Source: Octopus sinensis
Lineage: Eukaryota
DNA: 64,000 nucleotides
Reading direction: 5' to 3'
Assembly: GCF_006345805.1 (NCBI RefSeq)
Contig: NC_042998.1
Coordinates: 56,730,001 to 56,794,000, forward strand
Shown here: positions 12,855 to 25,180 of the stretch, piece by piece
Layout: each line of letters opens with the position of its first letter
How positions within the stretch are numbered: position 1 is the stretch's first letter
Translations under genes and position numbers: made by a program
Notes under the pieces: model-generated
What the model was told of the DNA's origin: nothing
Seen by the model: only the letters and a program-made list of their open reading frames with translations
Databases searched by the model: none

Positions 12855-12956
12855 TTCTTGCTGAAGAATCCGAGGGCTTATGGAAGATTGGCTTGATTTA
12901 ATTTAATCAGTTAGTTTACCATTAAACAGCGGATGAAACGGTATACCGTACAAGAA
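12855..12956 (+). ncRNA. Type I hammerhead ribozyme motif
   Basis: TTCTTG-CTGAAGA(12861-12867)-ATCCG..57 nt..CGGAT-GAAA(12935-12938)-CGGTATACCG-TA-CAAGAA; predicted cleavage after 12950. Confidence 0.85.
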
Positions 12957-13210
12957 ATTACAGGGTAAATGTTTTTTTAATTTTCTCCTGTTTACGGAAT
13001 TAATCTTTATTTGCGGTAGAAGTTTGGCTGTTTTTGTTATTTCTAGTGGGTGAATGGCCTATTATGGCCGTTCCTTAATTGTTAATGTTGAACTTAAAAA
13101 TGGTCTATGACTATTTAATTTTTTCCCACTGGGCCCGCTGGTGGCAATAAAATTCTACAAAATTTCCTTGCACCCTATATTGATTAATTATTATATATAT
13201 ATATATAAAA

Positions 13211-13250
<40 letters not shown>

Positions 13251-13259
13251 TCATATCTT

Positions 13260-13574
13260 ATTCTTTATTGCCCACAGTGCGTAACTGGTACTTAATTTAT
13301 CGACCCCGAAAGGATGAAAGGTAAAGTCGACCTCGGCGGAATTTGAACTCAGAACGTAAAGACAGACAAAATACCTATTAAGGGGCTACACACAGAGAGG
13401 ACAAACAAGGACAGACGAACGGATTAAGTCGATTATATCGACCCCCGTGCGTAACTGGTACATATTTAATCGACCCAGAAATGACGAAAGGGAAAGTCGA
13501 CCTCGGCGGAATTTGAACTCAGAACGTAACGGCAGACGAAATTACCGCTAAGCATTTCGCTCGGCGTGCTAACG
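13260..13574 (-). mobile_element. SINE family B, internally duplicated or chimeric
   Basis: Two copies of GTGCGTAACTGGTAC...GTCGACCTCGGCGGAATTTGAACTCAGAACGTAA. Confidence 0.85.
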
Positions 13575-14164
13575 CACATGCTTGGTAGAAGTCAACTTAT
13601 ATCTGGTTAAAAACTGGTTAAAAACAGCAGCAAAAGATGCACCGATTGAAAGCATAGAACTGTCATCACCAAAGTTAAACCTGCTGTACTCTTTCGCTCC
13701 AACTTTCTCTCACTCTCTTTTTCCGTTTCTTGAGTAACGCTGTGATGGACTGATGTCCCGTCCAGCTTGGGGGATCACATACGCCACGGAAACTGGCTTG
13801 TCTTGAAAAATGCGCATAAAAATTTTTTTTTTTAAATTCTGAAAAGAATCAGGGATTCATCGTTCCGTACATGGCTTTACAGTACACACGTTCAACACCT
13901 TGAATATTTCTATGTCTCCGTGTACTTATCATTACATAGTTTTTGATTCTATGCTGAGTTCATTCGTTATTTTCAGAGTTGTTTTTAACTGTTGTGTTTC
14001 TTAAACCTTCCTCGTAAAGCTGGTCTGATCGGGTAACAGTTTAGTCAAGACTATGTAACAGGCTATCACACTACCAATAGTACTCAGAGCGCGCGCGCAT
14101 TCACACTCTCACACACACACACCACACACACACATACATACACACACACACACACACACAAACA

Positions 14165-14200
<36 letters not shown>

Positions 14201-14334
14201 TACACAAACAGGGATATACATATATACACAATGTAAACATATCTGTTTACGTGTGTGTGGGTATATAATGATTACGGAAAAATACACTCACTCCAGCACA
14301 CTCGCCCCGCTACACGCACATACACACGCGCGCA

Positions 14335-14383
<49 letters not shown>

Positions 14384-14615
14384 ACATATATGTGTTAAGT
14401 TTATTAAAAAAAATCTAGTTTAAGAATAACAACGGGACATTTATTAAACGAGGGACAATATAATATATACATACATACATGTATGTATGTATGTATGTAT
14501 GTATGTATGTATGTATGTATGTATACATATATATATACACATACATATATATAAGCATTTATATAAATACATATATAAGCATTTATGCAAATACATGTAC
14601 AAATATATAAGTATT

Positions 14616-14646
<31 letters not shown>

Positions 14647-14671
14647 TATGCATGCTTATATATATAAATGC

Positions 14672-14703
<32 letters not shown>

Positions 14704-14707
14704 TTAT

Positions 14708-14799
<92 letters not shown>

Positions 14800-15449
14800 A
14801 AAATAACGGATCTCGGCCTAGCTGTGAACGTGTGTGGTTTATCTTCATAATGTTGTTCGATTCCAGGGCAAGCTGGCGTGATACTTATTTGCACAAGGCA
14901 CTTAATTTCAACTCAGCTGAAACGACTGATGGCTGAGTGCTAGTGCAGCCTGTTCTTTGCTTTGCTGTCAGACTTGGATGTACCGTCGGTTAAGAGTGAG
15001 AGGACATCTGTGTCTGCTCTCGACTACATGGGCACCTAAAACTTTTAGCGAAAGCATGATACATGTTACCAATTCATGTGGTGGTAGCACTGTCGATCTT
15101 CTGTTTGAAGCAAGGCAAGAGTTTCCATTGGCTTTTCATAGTATCTGACTGTTTCAAGCCTTGACAAATGCATTGCGGTTCTTCAGTGATCTGGAAGTGT
15201 AGAAAAAGAATTTATAGACACAAAGCAGATACTGTAATGTTTCGGGCATGGCATTTTAACAATTCTGTCATTCTGCTGGCCTTGGGTACTACTATATTAA
15301 TTGACCTAAAAACGACGGAAAGTAAAATTAACTCCAGCGTGATTGGAACTCAGAACGAAAATGTGCTGAAGAAATATCATAGGGAATTCTGTTCAATACA
15401 CTAATGACTCTGCCAATCCATTGTCAACAGTCCAGTCCCTCTCTTCTTG

Positions 15450-15597
15450 ATACATACATACATACATACATACATACATACATACATACATACATACATC
15501 ATACATACACAAATACATACATACATACATACATACATACATACATACATACATACATACATACATACATACATACATACATACATACATACACACA
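15450..15597. repeat. (TACA)n microsatellite
   Basis: Directly visible. Confidence 0.95.
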
Positions 15598-15666
15598 TGC
15601 ATACACTCTGCTTGCTTTAGCTTCGTTACTATGGCAACAGTCCGGATACTTATTGATCAGACCACT

Positions 15667-15699
<33 letters not shown>

Positions 15700-16026
15700 G
15701 CATATATATATATGAACATACATACATACATACAGACATATATATATGTTTGTGTGTGTGTGTGTGTGTGGCTATATATATGCATATACCACACACACAC
15801 GCACACATATATAGAACAGGTGATAACTTACAATAGTAGTATTGTTCCAAAACATTCTTATATCTCGAGGAGATATAATATTTAGTGGGACCAGATGGAG
15901 AGAATAGATATAAGAATATATACATACACACGCACGCACGCACACACACACACATACACACGTGAATATACATACAGAAATACATACATACAAACATTCA
16001 CACACACACACACACACAGACACAGA

Positions 16027-16067
<41 letters not shown>

Positions 16068-16356
16068 AGACAAACACACACACACACACGCACACATACA
16101 CATATAACATGGCATAAATCATGGTCATAACATTTCGTTATTGTAGTAAATTTGATATATAGCTGTTTCCAGCTGTACTTTGAGAGGTTATGGTGCTAAA
16201 AATAACACAGGTACTGCATGTGTATCACTTCAGTTTTACTATCAATTAATTGGTAGAATAAATTTGTCAATGTTTTTTTCATTACCGTCTCTGATCTTAT
16301 CGATGATGTATGTATGCATGTATGCATGTATGTATGTGTGTATGTATGTGTGAGTG

Positions 16357-16398
<42 letters not shown>

Positions 16399-16419
16399 TA
16401 TATAATATATATATGTAAT

Positions 16420-16919
16420 TTATAAATAAAGGCAAAAGAAAAAATTCCTATGCCAAATATGCCGAGAAATAGACTTTAAATTGTCAATAACCACATATAA
16501 TTCATCACTATAAGCACGTGGCCCGAAGCAAGCTTATAGAAATTTCTAAAAAATTCCGTTATTATCAAAACGGTCCGATTTCTGAGTTAATTCATAAAAA
16601 TTTTCTCGTCATCATACGTTAAGAAATAAATGAAATGCTTATTTAAGTGTACTTATGGCTTTGCGTTTGCTTGTTCTATGTGTGCAAGTAAGAATTTCAT
16701 TTATTTTGTTAACGCATTTACCGCTGATGACGAGAAAATTCTTTATGAATTAACTTAGAAATCGGACCAATTCGGTAATAACGGAATTTTAAAGAAATTT
16801 CTGTCAGCTTGCTTCGAGATACGTGCTTTTAGTGATGAATTATATGTGGTTATTGACGATTTAAAGTCTATTTCTCGGCATATTTGGTATAGGAATTTTT
16901 CTTTTGCTCTTATTTATAA
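16420..16919. mobile_element. PLE pLTR-like inverted repeat (arms about 16420-16636 and 16694-16919)
   Basis: About 220-bp diverged inverted arms after (TA)n; hammerhead-like motif in the right arm. Confidence 0.75.
16718..16778 (+). ncRNA. Hammerhead-like motif with imperfect stems II and III
   Basis: TTACCG-CTGATGA-CGAG..AATTC/GAATT..CTTA-GAAA-TCGGACCAA-TT-CGGTAA; stem I is a perfect 6 bp. Confidence 0.55.
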
Positions 16920-17399
16920 GTTGTTTATAATTTTCTCCTAAAAGGGATTTATACTGCGATGTTGTTTTACTAACCATCTTTATCTTTAGCGTGTTGCTAG
17001 ATTACTAATGTTGATTTTTTTTCGTTGTACTCAGATTTCTATGTTACACGCTGTTTCTTCTATATATGTTTTGGGTACTTTCAATACAATATTTATGTCC
17101 TTGACATATCTGGAGAGTATAATCATGGTAGTGATATTTTTGCTAGGAGCTGTGTAAATCTTTAGTACCCTATACCATAAAAAGTTTGGATACGTCACCG
17201 AATAAACTGACACCAATAGCTTCCACCTCTTTAACACACACATAGAATAGACATTGTAATATGTCAATTTAGGGGGAAATCCTAGTATGTTGCTACAAAC
17301 AGCATATAATACTACATCACTCTCGAAAAGCGCCTTTACGTAATTTTTAACAGTCAATTCAATGTTGACTGATGGATATAGGAATAATACCCCCAGGTT

Positions 17400-18250
17400 A
17401 CTTGTTTTCCAATCTGTGAAGTCATAATCGTGGTTGCAGTCATTGAGCCTACTGAGGAGTTTGTATTATTGCATATGCTGGAAGATATCTCCAATAGCAG
17501 GTTCGAGATCATTGAAAGAAAGTAAGATAACCTAATGCTGCGGGAGATGTTAGCTCACCTAACCGGTCGAGTTTATGACTCCACCAAGGAGATCCGTGGT
17601 AGATTTATGATATTTCATTGTCATTGCCTTGAAGTTATCAGCAGTCTGCATTTTCGATTGGGGTATGTTGCACTACATTCTCACATTGGTATTAAAGAGC
17701 TTTTTACTTGTCTAGGTTATTGTAGTGGTGTTGGGATTACTTATGCCTAGGTTGTGTTGTTGTTGGCAGGATTGTTGTTATTCGTTTTACTTTCTGTTCA
17801 GGGAGTTGTGCATTCAAATTCAGCCTCTGGTATCTTTTAATGCTCTTGTGGTGTCCGACCTCTCTCTTCAGTTTTCAGCTAATAATATCATTATCATTGA
17901 CATTCTATGGGACTTACCCATGGGGAAGCTTACTCTTTCTCTAATATTTTTAGTTCTCTGTTTCAGCTTCCTTCCATATCAGAACAGCATAAATACTTAT
18001 CCAACTTGGGATCACCGAAAATCCTGAGTTAATGTCCGTTGTACTGTAAAATTACTGAGAGAGAAGCCCCATTCACCTTTTGCTAAAGCATGTCCTAGGA
18101 TTACTGGGCTGCCAGTCTGAATTCCGCTTCTTTGGAAGGCAACCAGACAAGGAGAAGGACCACTTCGAACATAACTTCTCACTATCTTCAGTGTCTGCGA
18201 AGTGGTGAAGGCTCTGGGCGTTAACTGCAACAGTAAATCAGAAGAGAATT
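17400..18250 (-). pseudogene. Possible heavily decayed PLE RT N-terminal region
   Basis: Scattered minus-strand peptides (NNLDK*KAL; TADNFKAMTMKYHKSTTDLL) loosely resemble the NL...KAL...PADKG..V.M...Y motif; many stops and frameshifts. Confidence 0.3.
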
Positions 18251-18552
18251 CGGTTTCCATCTACCCTGTTCATCATGAAGAAAGCGTGAAGGCGTAACGA
18301 ATCGAAGAACGGCGGGGTTCTGTCTGAGTCCTCCGTTCCCGCCATCACGAAGATAGGAATATTCATTCATTCATTCATTCCTATGATCATTCGTTCGTTC
18401 GCCCATAGAAGTTTCGTTCGAGCTAATGAAAATATTTCGTCAGTTTCATCATTTGCCTTTGGTGGGAGGTAGACACTTTTATTGAACCGTAGTTTAGAGA
18501 AATGTATACATTTCATGTCGGAGGGGTTTAAAGAAAAGGGAGTTAAAGAGGT

Positions 18553-18603
<51 letters not shown>

Positions 18604-18650
18604 CACCACCACCACCACCACCACCGCTCCTGCTCCTATTACTACCACCA
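18553..18650. repeat. (ACT)n/(ACC)n trinucleotide tract followed by low-complexity GT-rich DNA
   Basis: Directly visible. Confidence 0.9.
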
Positions 18651-19467
18651 CCGTTCTCATTGTAGGTGGTTTTCTGTTACGGTTAAGGTTAGGGTTAGAA
18701 TTGTTGTTAGAGCAATTAGTATTTGTGGTGAAAGGAGAACTAGTGTGCTATTGTTGTTTCTGTCGTTGTTGGTGTTCTGTGGTGTGCTGTTGTTTTTATT
18801 TCTCTCGTTATTCTCAACGAGGTTCTTATTGTTACTTCTGTTGTAATTGATATTGTTAATATTATTTTCACTAATTGTGTTTGTTACTGTTGATATCTTT
18901 GTTCTTATTAAGGCTCTTATTGTTACCACCACCACTGCTGCTGCTTCTGTTGTTGTCGCAACTTATGTAGCAAGAGTTGTTATTTTTACTATAATTGTTA
19001 TATTATCGTTGTTACTGTTACCCCGATAGCTGCCATCTAACTTTTCTGAAAGCCGTTTTCAATTTCAAGCAGTCAATTAATTCTTCTCACCTTAAAGGTG
19101 GCGTATTTCGGTACCAATTTAAGAAAGACTAGCTATTTCTTCTATGTCCAGTTAATTTGTTTGCACCGTATTCTCTGGTTGCCTGTGTTAAAATTTTGAA
19201 TTAGTGTTCGATCAAACACAATTCCATCTATGCTATTAGGCTATTTTGTTTCTACTTCTCGTTGACTGATGTTGTTCTTGTCGCTGCTGATGTTGTTCCA
19301 CTCAGTTTATTTTTGAAGTGTCAGTTACAGGTGTAGGTTTATATATCGACATTCTTATTGGATAACATCCAGGTGTGTTGTTTTCTTTAATGGTGCGAGG
19401 ATGTTTGCATTTCGTGTAGTAGAGACCCCTTTTTCACCCTTCATGTTTCTAAATCTATGTGTAAGTG

Positions 19468-19600
19468 CAGGCATGGCTACATGGTTATGAAGCTCGCTTT
19501 GCAGCCGCCTGGTTTCGGGTTCAGTCCCACAGCGGGCACCTTGGGCAAGTATCTTCTATTACAACGCTGTGAGCGAATTTTGGTGGACAGAAACTAAAAG
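19468..19600 (+). mobile_element. Diverged SINE family A 5' half
   Basis: GGTTTCGGGTTCAGTCCCACAGCGGGCACCTTGGGCAAG. Confidence 0.65.
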
Positions 19601-19618
19601 CATATACACACACACATA

Positions 19619-19666
<48 letters not shown>

Positions 19667-19667
<1 letters not shown>

Positions 19668-19897
19668 TTCTTTACTGCCCACAAGGGGCTAAACATAGAG
19701 GGGACAAACAAGGACAGACAAAGGGATTAAGTCGATTACATCGACACCAGTGCGTGACTGGTACTTAATTTATCGACCCCGAAAGGATGAAAGGCAAAGT
19801 CGACCTCGGCGGAATTTGAACTCAGAACGTAACGGCAGACGAAATACGCCTACGCATTTCGCCCGGCGTGCTAACGTTTCTGCCAGCTTACCACCTT
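19667..19897 (-). mobile_element. SINE family B, full length
   Basis: TTTCTTTACTGCCCACAAGGGGC...GCTAACGTTTCTGCCAGC; matches 57030-57259. Confidence 0.9.
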
Positions 19898-21204
19898 CTT
19901 ATATAAAAACACAGACGTGTGTAACGATAAAAGATAAATTTTCCTTCCTATAGTTGATATTACTTTATAGTTAAAATTTTAAACTTGCTGTTCTTTTAGG
20001 CTGCGTTTTACTATTGTTGCACCGACGGAGTTTGTATTTGGAGGAGTTGCATTCTTTATGAAATGAAGCTGTTGAATATTTCTTTTTGTTTCGAAATAAC
20101 AGAACGCAGTGTCTTTCAGCGACTTGCTAACTTGGTTAAAGCTTACGTTATTTTGCTTTGTACATTGAATAGGTCATGTTGCCAATAAGATACACACATT
20201 GACTGTATTTCGATTCAGTTTTATACAATTATACAAGTATATATAATTTAATAAATTATACAAGTAGTTAACTGAATTGTAAAGTAATTAATAAACGAAT
20301 CAAATTATTTGTAAAGGTCTAAGAAAGAGGGTTTATTGTCATCAATAAGGTCATATGCTGTGACGAAAGTACGTTAAAGAAGCTAATAACCAATTAATCC
20401 ATTAATTCACTAACTAATTACTTGTTTTTCTAGTTAATTGACAAAACTGAAAGGAAATGTAAATGGTGCCTGTCTTTTTATTGGCAACATGACCCTACCA
20501 AAGCGAAAAAATATTTGTTGTAAGCAGACTTCGCATCAAAAATCTTGCAAATCAAATACAAAGCCATTCTCTCTCTCTCTCTCATACACACATACATTCA
20601 CACATGCATATACACAATATACAAACATAATATATATTTATACGTAGGAATAGGTACACATACATTGAACGACCTAAGAAAATTAATGCTACTTTCATCA
20701 GAGCCATTTCTTGTTGTAATATGCAGAGCATGTGTGCATATGTATATGGCTGAATTTCAAGTACTTACGCACACACATATACACACGCACACACACACAT
20801 ATGCACACACGCACGCATGTGCACGCATGTGCACGCATGATCATGTGTGTCTATGCGTAAGAGCTGAACTTCTATACTTTATAGTTCATTCAACGTTTTA
20901 TTACACGCAGGAATTGTTGTGTGGTGAAGAAAAAGCCTTTTGCAACCACGTGATTCTAGATTTGATCCGATTGTACGGCCCTTTGATCCTGTTATAGCCT
21001 CGGATTGATTAATATCTTTTGATTGGAAATTGGTTGACATAATCGAGGCATAGTACATAAAAGGAAGTTCTCAAGACGCAAAAAATCCATCTTGTTGCAA
21101 GCATTAGTTTATGAAATGGATAGCGAGTTCAATATTAGAAAATATAAATACATCAGTTGGAACTCAACGAGCGGATAAAAGGAAAAATACATTCTTCTAT
21201 TCTT

Positions 21205-22118
21205 TCATTCTTTAATATTTTTTTTTCTTTCATTCATTGTACTGCGGCCATACTGGGGTACCACCTTAAAGTGCTTATTAGATCAAACCAACATCAGTAC
21301 TTTTTTTTTTTTCTGAAGTTTGGTACTTTTTGAAAGTCTATCGTCCTCTCTGACGAACTTTCCGTAAGTATGGAAACTTAAACAAACCAACACCGGTTGT
21401 CAAGCGAAATAGAAAAGTGAAGACAAAAACACGCACTCACATAAATATATACAAGCATATCTGTCTATCTGTCTGTCTCTCAGTCCGTCCGTCCGTCCGT
21501 CCGTCCGTCCGCCTGTCTGTTTGCCTGTCTGTCTTTCTGTACATCCGTCCTTCCGTCTGCCTGTGTGCCTAAAAACCGGTGTTGTTTATGTAATGTCCCT
21601 TTATGTCATGTAAATTAGCATTTCGACAAATGGTGATTGATAAATAAGTATTAATTTGAAATAATATTGGGTTTGGAATAAACAAACCGACTAGTAGTGC
21701 TCCAGCATGGTCGTAATCTAACGACTGAAATCATGTGTACACAAACGCACATATATTATCTTTTAACTTTTACTCGTTTCAGTTATTGGATGGCACCGCA
21801 TTGATGGATTTAGACGTAAAAAATCGACCTCAGTACTTATATTTAAGTTTGGCACATATTCTATGAGTCATTTATGACGAACCGCTAAGTAAAGGTGAGT
21901 TCAATAAACCAACACCAGTTTTCAAGCAGTGTAGGGTTAAATGCAAAGACAAAAACACACAATCGACGGGCTTCCACGTATTTTCCGTCTACAAAATTCA
22001 CTCACAAGGTATTAGTCAGCCCGGAGCTATGATAGATGACCTTGTCCATAGTACCCCACAGTGTGACTGAACTCGAAACCACGGGGTTGAAAAGCAAACG
22101 CAGTGATGCCTGCGCCTA
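21205..22118. mobile_element. Cluster of three old SINE family A fragments in both orientations
   Basis: Diverged matches at about 21205-21420 (-), 21570-21730 (+) and 21765-22118 (-). Confidence 0.6.
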
Positions 22119-23065
22119 TATTATATTATATAATTCCAGTCAGAATGTACTGGTTAATTCGGGATTATGGCAAAAAATGCTTGCTCTTGGTGCCGCGAAA
22201 TGAAATTGAACCTGGAACCATGTAGCTGTAAAGCGAGCTTCTTAACCACCCATCCATAAGTCTTAGGTACTTATCATTCTTAGACAGTATTCGCGTATTA
22301 ATTTGTATGGGAATAGTGTGTAAAGTATGTCAACTCCACTGAAAAACTAATGCGTGCCTCATCATATATCTCCAGCCGTTACCAAGAGAGTATTTTTCAA
22401 GAATCGGTGAAGTTTCATTTCAACCTCATCAAAGCTGACTTCTCTTCCTCATTATAACGATAGGTTTATTGAAGATAAGATTTCAGTTATACTATATATT
22501 ATCTTAGTTATTAACGATTTACGCAGATAACATTCAGATTATTTTTCACTATTTGTGTTAGTTTAAATGCTAGCAATACGACGTTTTAATTTCCTGTTTT
22601 CTCGACACATTTATCTTTATAAATGACTGAACTTCAAGCACTGCAAAGGAACTTAAATAAGGCAGAAAGTGTGACCGTTTTAGCAATAACATGATTGTAT
22701 CATGGGAAACTTATGATAACGGATATAACATGATAACACGATAGCATTAAGAGCACAGTATGGAAAAATCTATGAATAATATGAGAGATTAGGTTCCTAC
22801 GCAAATAGTTTACTGCTACAATAAATGTAAATCTTACAAATAGTAGGAGTAGGTAAAAAATTTTTATTTCTGATTTGAAAGTTTCTTCCAACTGTGCTAG
22901 CATCCGGCATAACTATAAATATGTATTCTTCAATTGGTTTGTTTGAAAACTGATTTGGTTTTACAATCGGGTGTTGAAACCAAAATACTTGCGTTAAAAT
23001 GAAGGGAAGAAAAAACCCCTACAATTTTAGTTAATTGAAGGTACATATACATGCATATATATCAA

Positions 23066-23352
23066 GTAATCACGTGACCGACCAGGCTTTCAGATGTTGC
23101 TATATACATCGCTGGTCACAATGCGCTTCGCATTGCTTTAGCCTTCAAATGACACCAGCCCGCTGGCTAAGCGAGCAGGCCAACAGAAGAAAGAGTGAGA
23201 GAAAGTTGCGGCGAAAGTTGAGAGAAAGTTGCGCCACCCGCTGCCGGAGCAACGTGGAGCTTTAGGTGTTTTCGCTCAATAAACAGTCACAACGCCCGGT
23301 CTGGGAATCGAAACCGTGATCCTACGACCGCGAGTCCGCAGCCCTAACCACT
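23066..23352 (-). mobile_element. SINE family C head with an alternative 3' body
   Basis: Shares GTGGAGCTTTAGGTGTTTTCGCTCAATAAAC...GGGAATCGAAACCG with 2003-2389; body matches 60661-60773 instead. Confidence 0.8.
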
Positions 23353-24155
23353 AAAATTGTACGGTTTTATATATTCTTTTATTCATTTACTTGTTTCAGT
23401 CATTTGACTGCGGACATGTTGGAACACCATCTTGAAGGTTTTCAGTTAAACAAATCGAATACAGTTCCTCTCGCTTACATATGTCGAGTTGTTCGAAGAA
23501 TATCCAAAATCTATACTAATAAAATTCTCGGCCTTATGTATGTATGTATGTATGTATGTATGTATGTATGTATGTATGTATGTATGTATGTATGTATGTA
23601 TGTATGTATGCATGTGTGTGTGTATATGTGTGTGCGCATTCTCCCTCTCGTGACCAAATTAATGGACCAACTTAAAACAATATAGACCATAAGCAAGGTA
23701 ATGTACCGAGGAGTGTTCTTAGCATGGTCCGGTTACTATCGAACTTCCGACTGGTGAGGTATTATTTGTTGATTAATTAAGTATCAGGAATATTTTCTTC
23801 ATGACTATTTCTCTACCAGAAACAGGTGAGTCAAATGCGGATTAAAATGTGTAGATTTAGATGGAAAGATGGAGAGCGCTGACTTGGCCTTTTGTGGGCA
23901 ATGTTAGCTTGGCTCGTGTAGGGTACAGGACATCGCCTCCAACCCTTTCCAATGTCTAATATGTACATGTACGACCAGTGGAAATTTATTGAGGGGGAGT
24001 AATAGGAGGGTTAAGGGTGATGCTCGGGAGAGGGGGAGGGAGAGAGGTTTCTGAAACCATCCTTCCCTTTTACCCTGTGGGATAATTGAGAAGGGTATAG
24101 AGAAAGGTATAGAAGGAGGCTGCACCCACCTCTGAGAGGGCTAGTATGCAATGTT

Positions 24156-24482
24156 AGTTATCAGTATACAATATTTTAAAATCTCTATCCAAGTATAATT
24201 ACTCACATCTGATTTAAAATAGAAATATCCAGTGTTAATAAGTCGAGTTGCTTCAAGAATATTAAAAATAGGTAATGTAAGTTATCAGCTTATAATATTT
24301 TTCAATCCATATCCAAATATAAATACTCACATCGGATTCATATGTGAAATGTCAAGTGTTAATAAGGCGACTTGTTCCAAAGTTATCCGAAATATGTACT
24401 AGACGTTTATCAAGCTATATTTACTAATCCCTATCCAAGTGGAAATAGTCACATCAGATTTAAATATGAAATATCGAGTGTA
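24156..24482. repeat. Diverged tandem repeat, period about 124 bp, about 2.7 units
   Basis: (A)GTT(T)ATCA...TATCCAA..A(T)A(C/G)TCACATC.GATT...GAAAT.TC.AGTGT starting near 24156, 24280 and 24405. Confidence 0.75.
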
Positions 24483-24876
24483 CTCTAGCTAATTTTATTA
24501 GGTTCATTCCATGAACAATTATTTGACTAACTCCTGTCAATATCTCTAACTTATGTCACGGGAATATTGAACTTTAAAATTTATAAAGTTTATCGTATAA
24601 ATTGAAAGATATCCTACAGTGTATATTACCTAAAGGACCGAATGAATGACTTATGTCAACGTAATAGTTTTCATCGGGCATGCGTCTCTATGAAGACCTT
24701 TCATTATTTAGAAACCTTACTGTTTCTTTTCCATAAGTTGCGTGTAACATCGAATTTTAAGTTTTACATTATAGTAATTCCAGTTCTCCACGGAGGCCCC
24801 CCAGTGACCGCAAGGGCTGCAGGGACAAGGTTATTTTATGGAAGACCAGCAGTTACCCATGCATACCAGCCTCCTC

Positions 24877-25085
24877 TCTCCACGCCACCGATGTTATCCA
24901 AGGGAAAGGAAAGGCCAACACATCTTGGCACCAGTGATATCGCAACTCATTTTTACAGCTGAGTGAACTGGAGCAACGTGAAATATAGTCTTGTAGAAGA
25001 ACTAAACGCACAACCCGGTCCCGGGAATCGAACTCACAATCTCACGATTTTAAGCCCGACGCTCTAACCACTGAGTTATGCGCCT
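24877..25085 (-). mobile_element. CORE-type tRNA SINE family D
   Basis: Minus head AGGCGCATAACTCAGTGGTTAGAGCG...GTGAGTTCGATTCCC, then a CORE-like TTTCACGTTGCTCCAGTTCACTCAGCTGTAAAAATGAG. Confidence 0.75.
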
Positions 25086-25180
25086 ACATATAATACATAA
25101 TGCATGCATGCATACATACATACATACATACATACATACATACATACATACATACATACATACATACATACATACATACA

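Larger units (their letters stand above)
12271..13191. mobile_element. PLE pLTR-like complex A-B-A'-C-B
   Basis: Inverted arms 12271-12639 and 12714-13086, near identical; spacer segment 12641-12700 repeated directly at 13135-13191; (TA)n on both sides. Confidence 0.85.

Noticed and set aside
1794-16128. Many 60-170 aa ORFs rich in YI, CV, TH, LSIY or MYVC (also at 26.8-28.2, 31.6-34.5 and 55-56 kb)
   Set aside because: They are translations of (TA)n, (TG)n, (TCTA)n and (TACA)n microsatellites, not genes.
18367-19029. Thr/Val/Asn-rich ORFs suggesting a mucin, and a GGTTAAGGTTAGGGTTAG telomere-like stretch
   Set aside because: Trinucleotide and low-complexity DNA; only about three imperfect telomeric units.
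21345-21380. CTGACGA...GAAA hammerhead-like spacing
   Set aside because: Lies in a decayed SINE A; no stem I or stem III pairing. CTGANGA hits at about 18440 (-), 28300, 37208, 39108, 40606 and 58918 were rejected for the same lack of stems.
23680-24125. Faint similarity to a PLE RT thumb region on the minus strand
   Set aside because: Needs several frameshifts and has few conserved residues; requires an HMM search.
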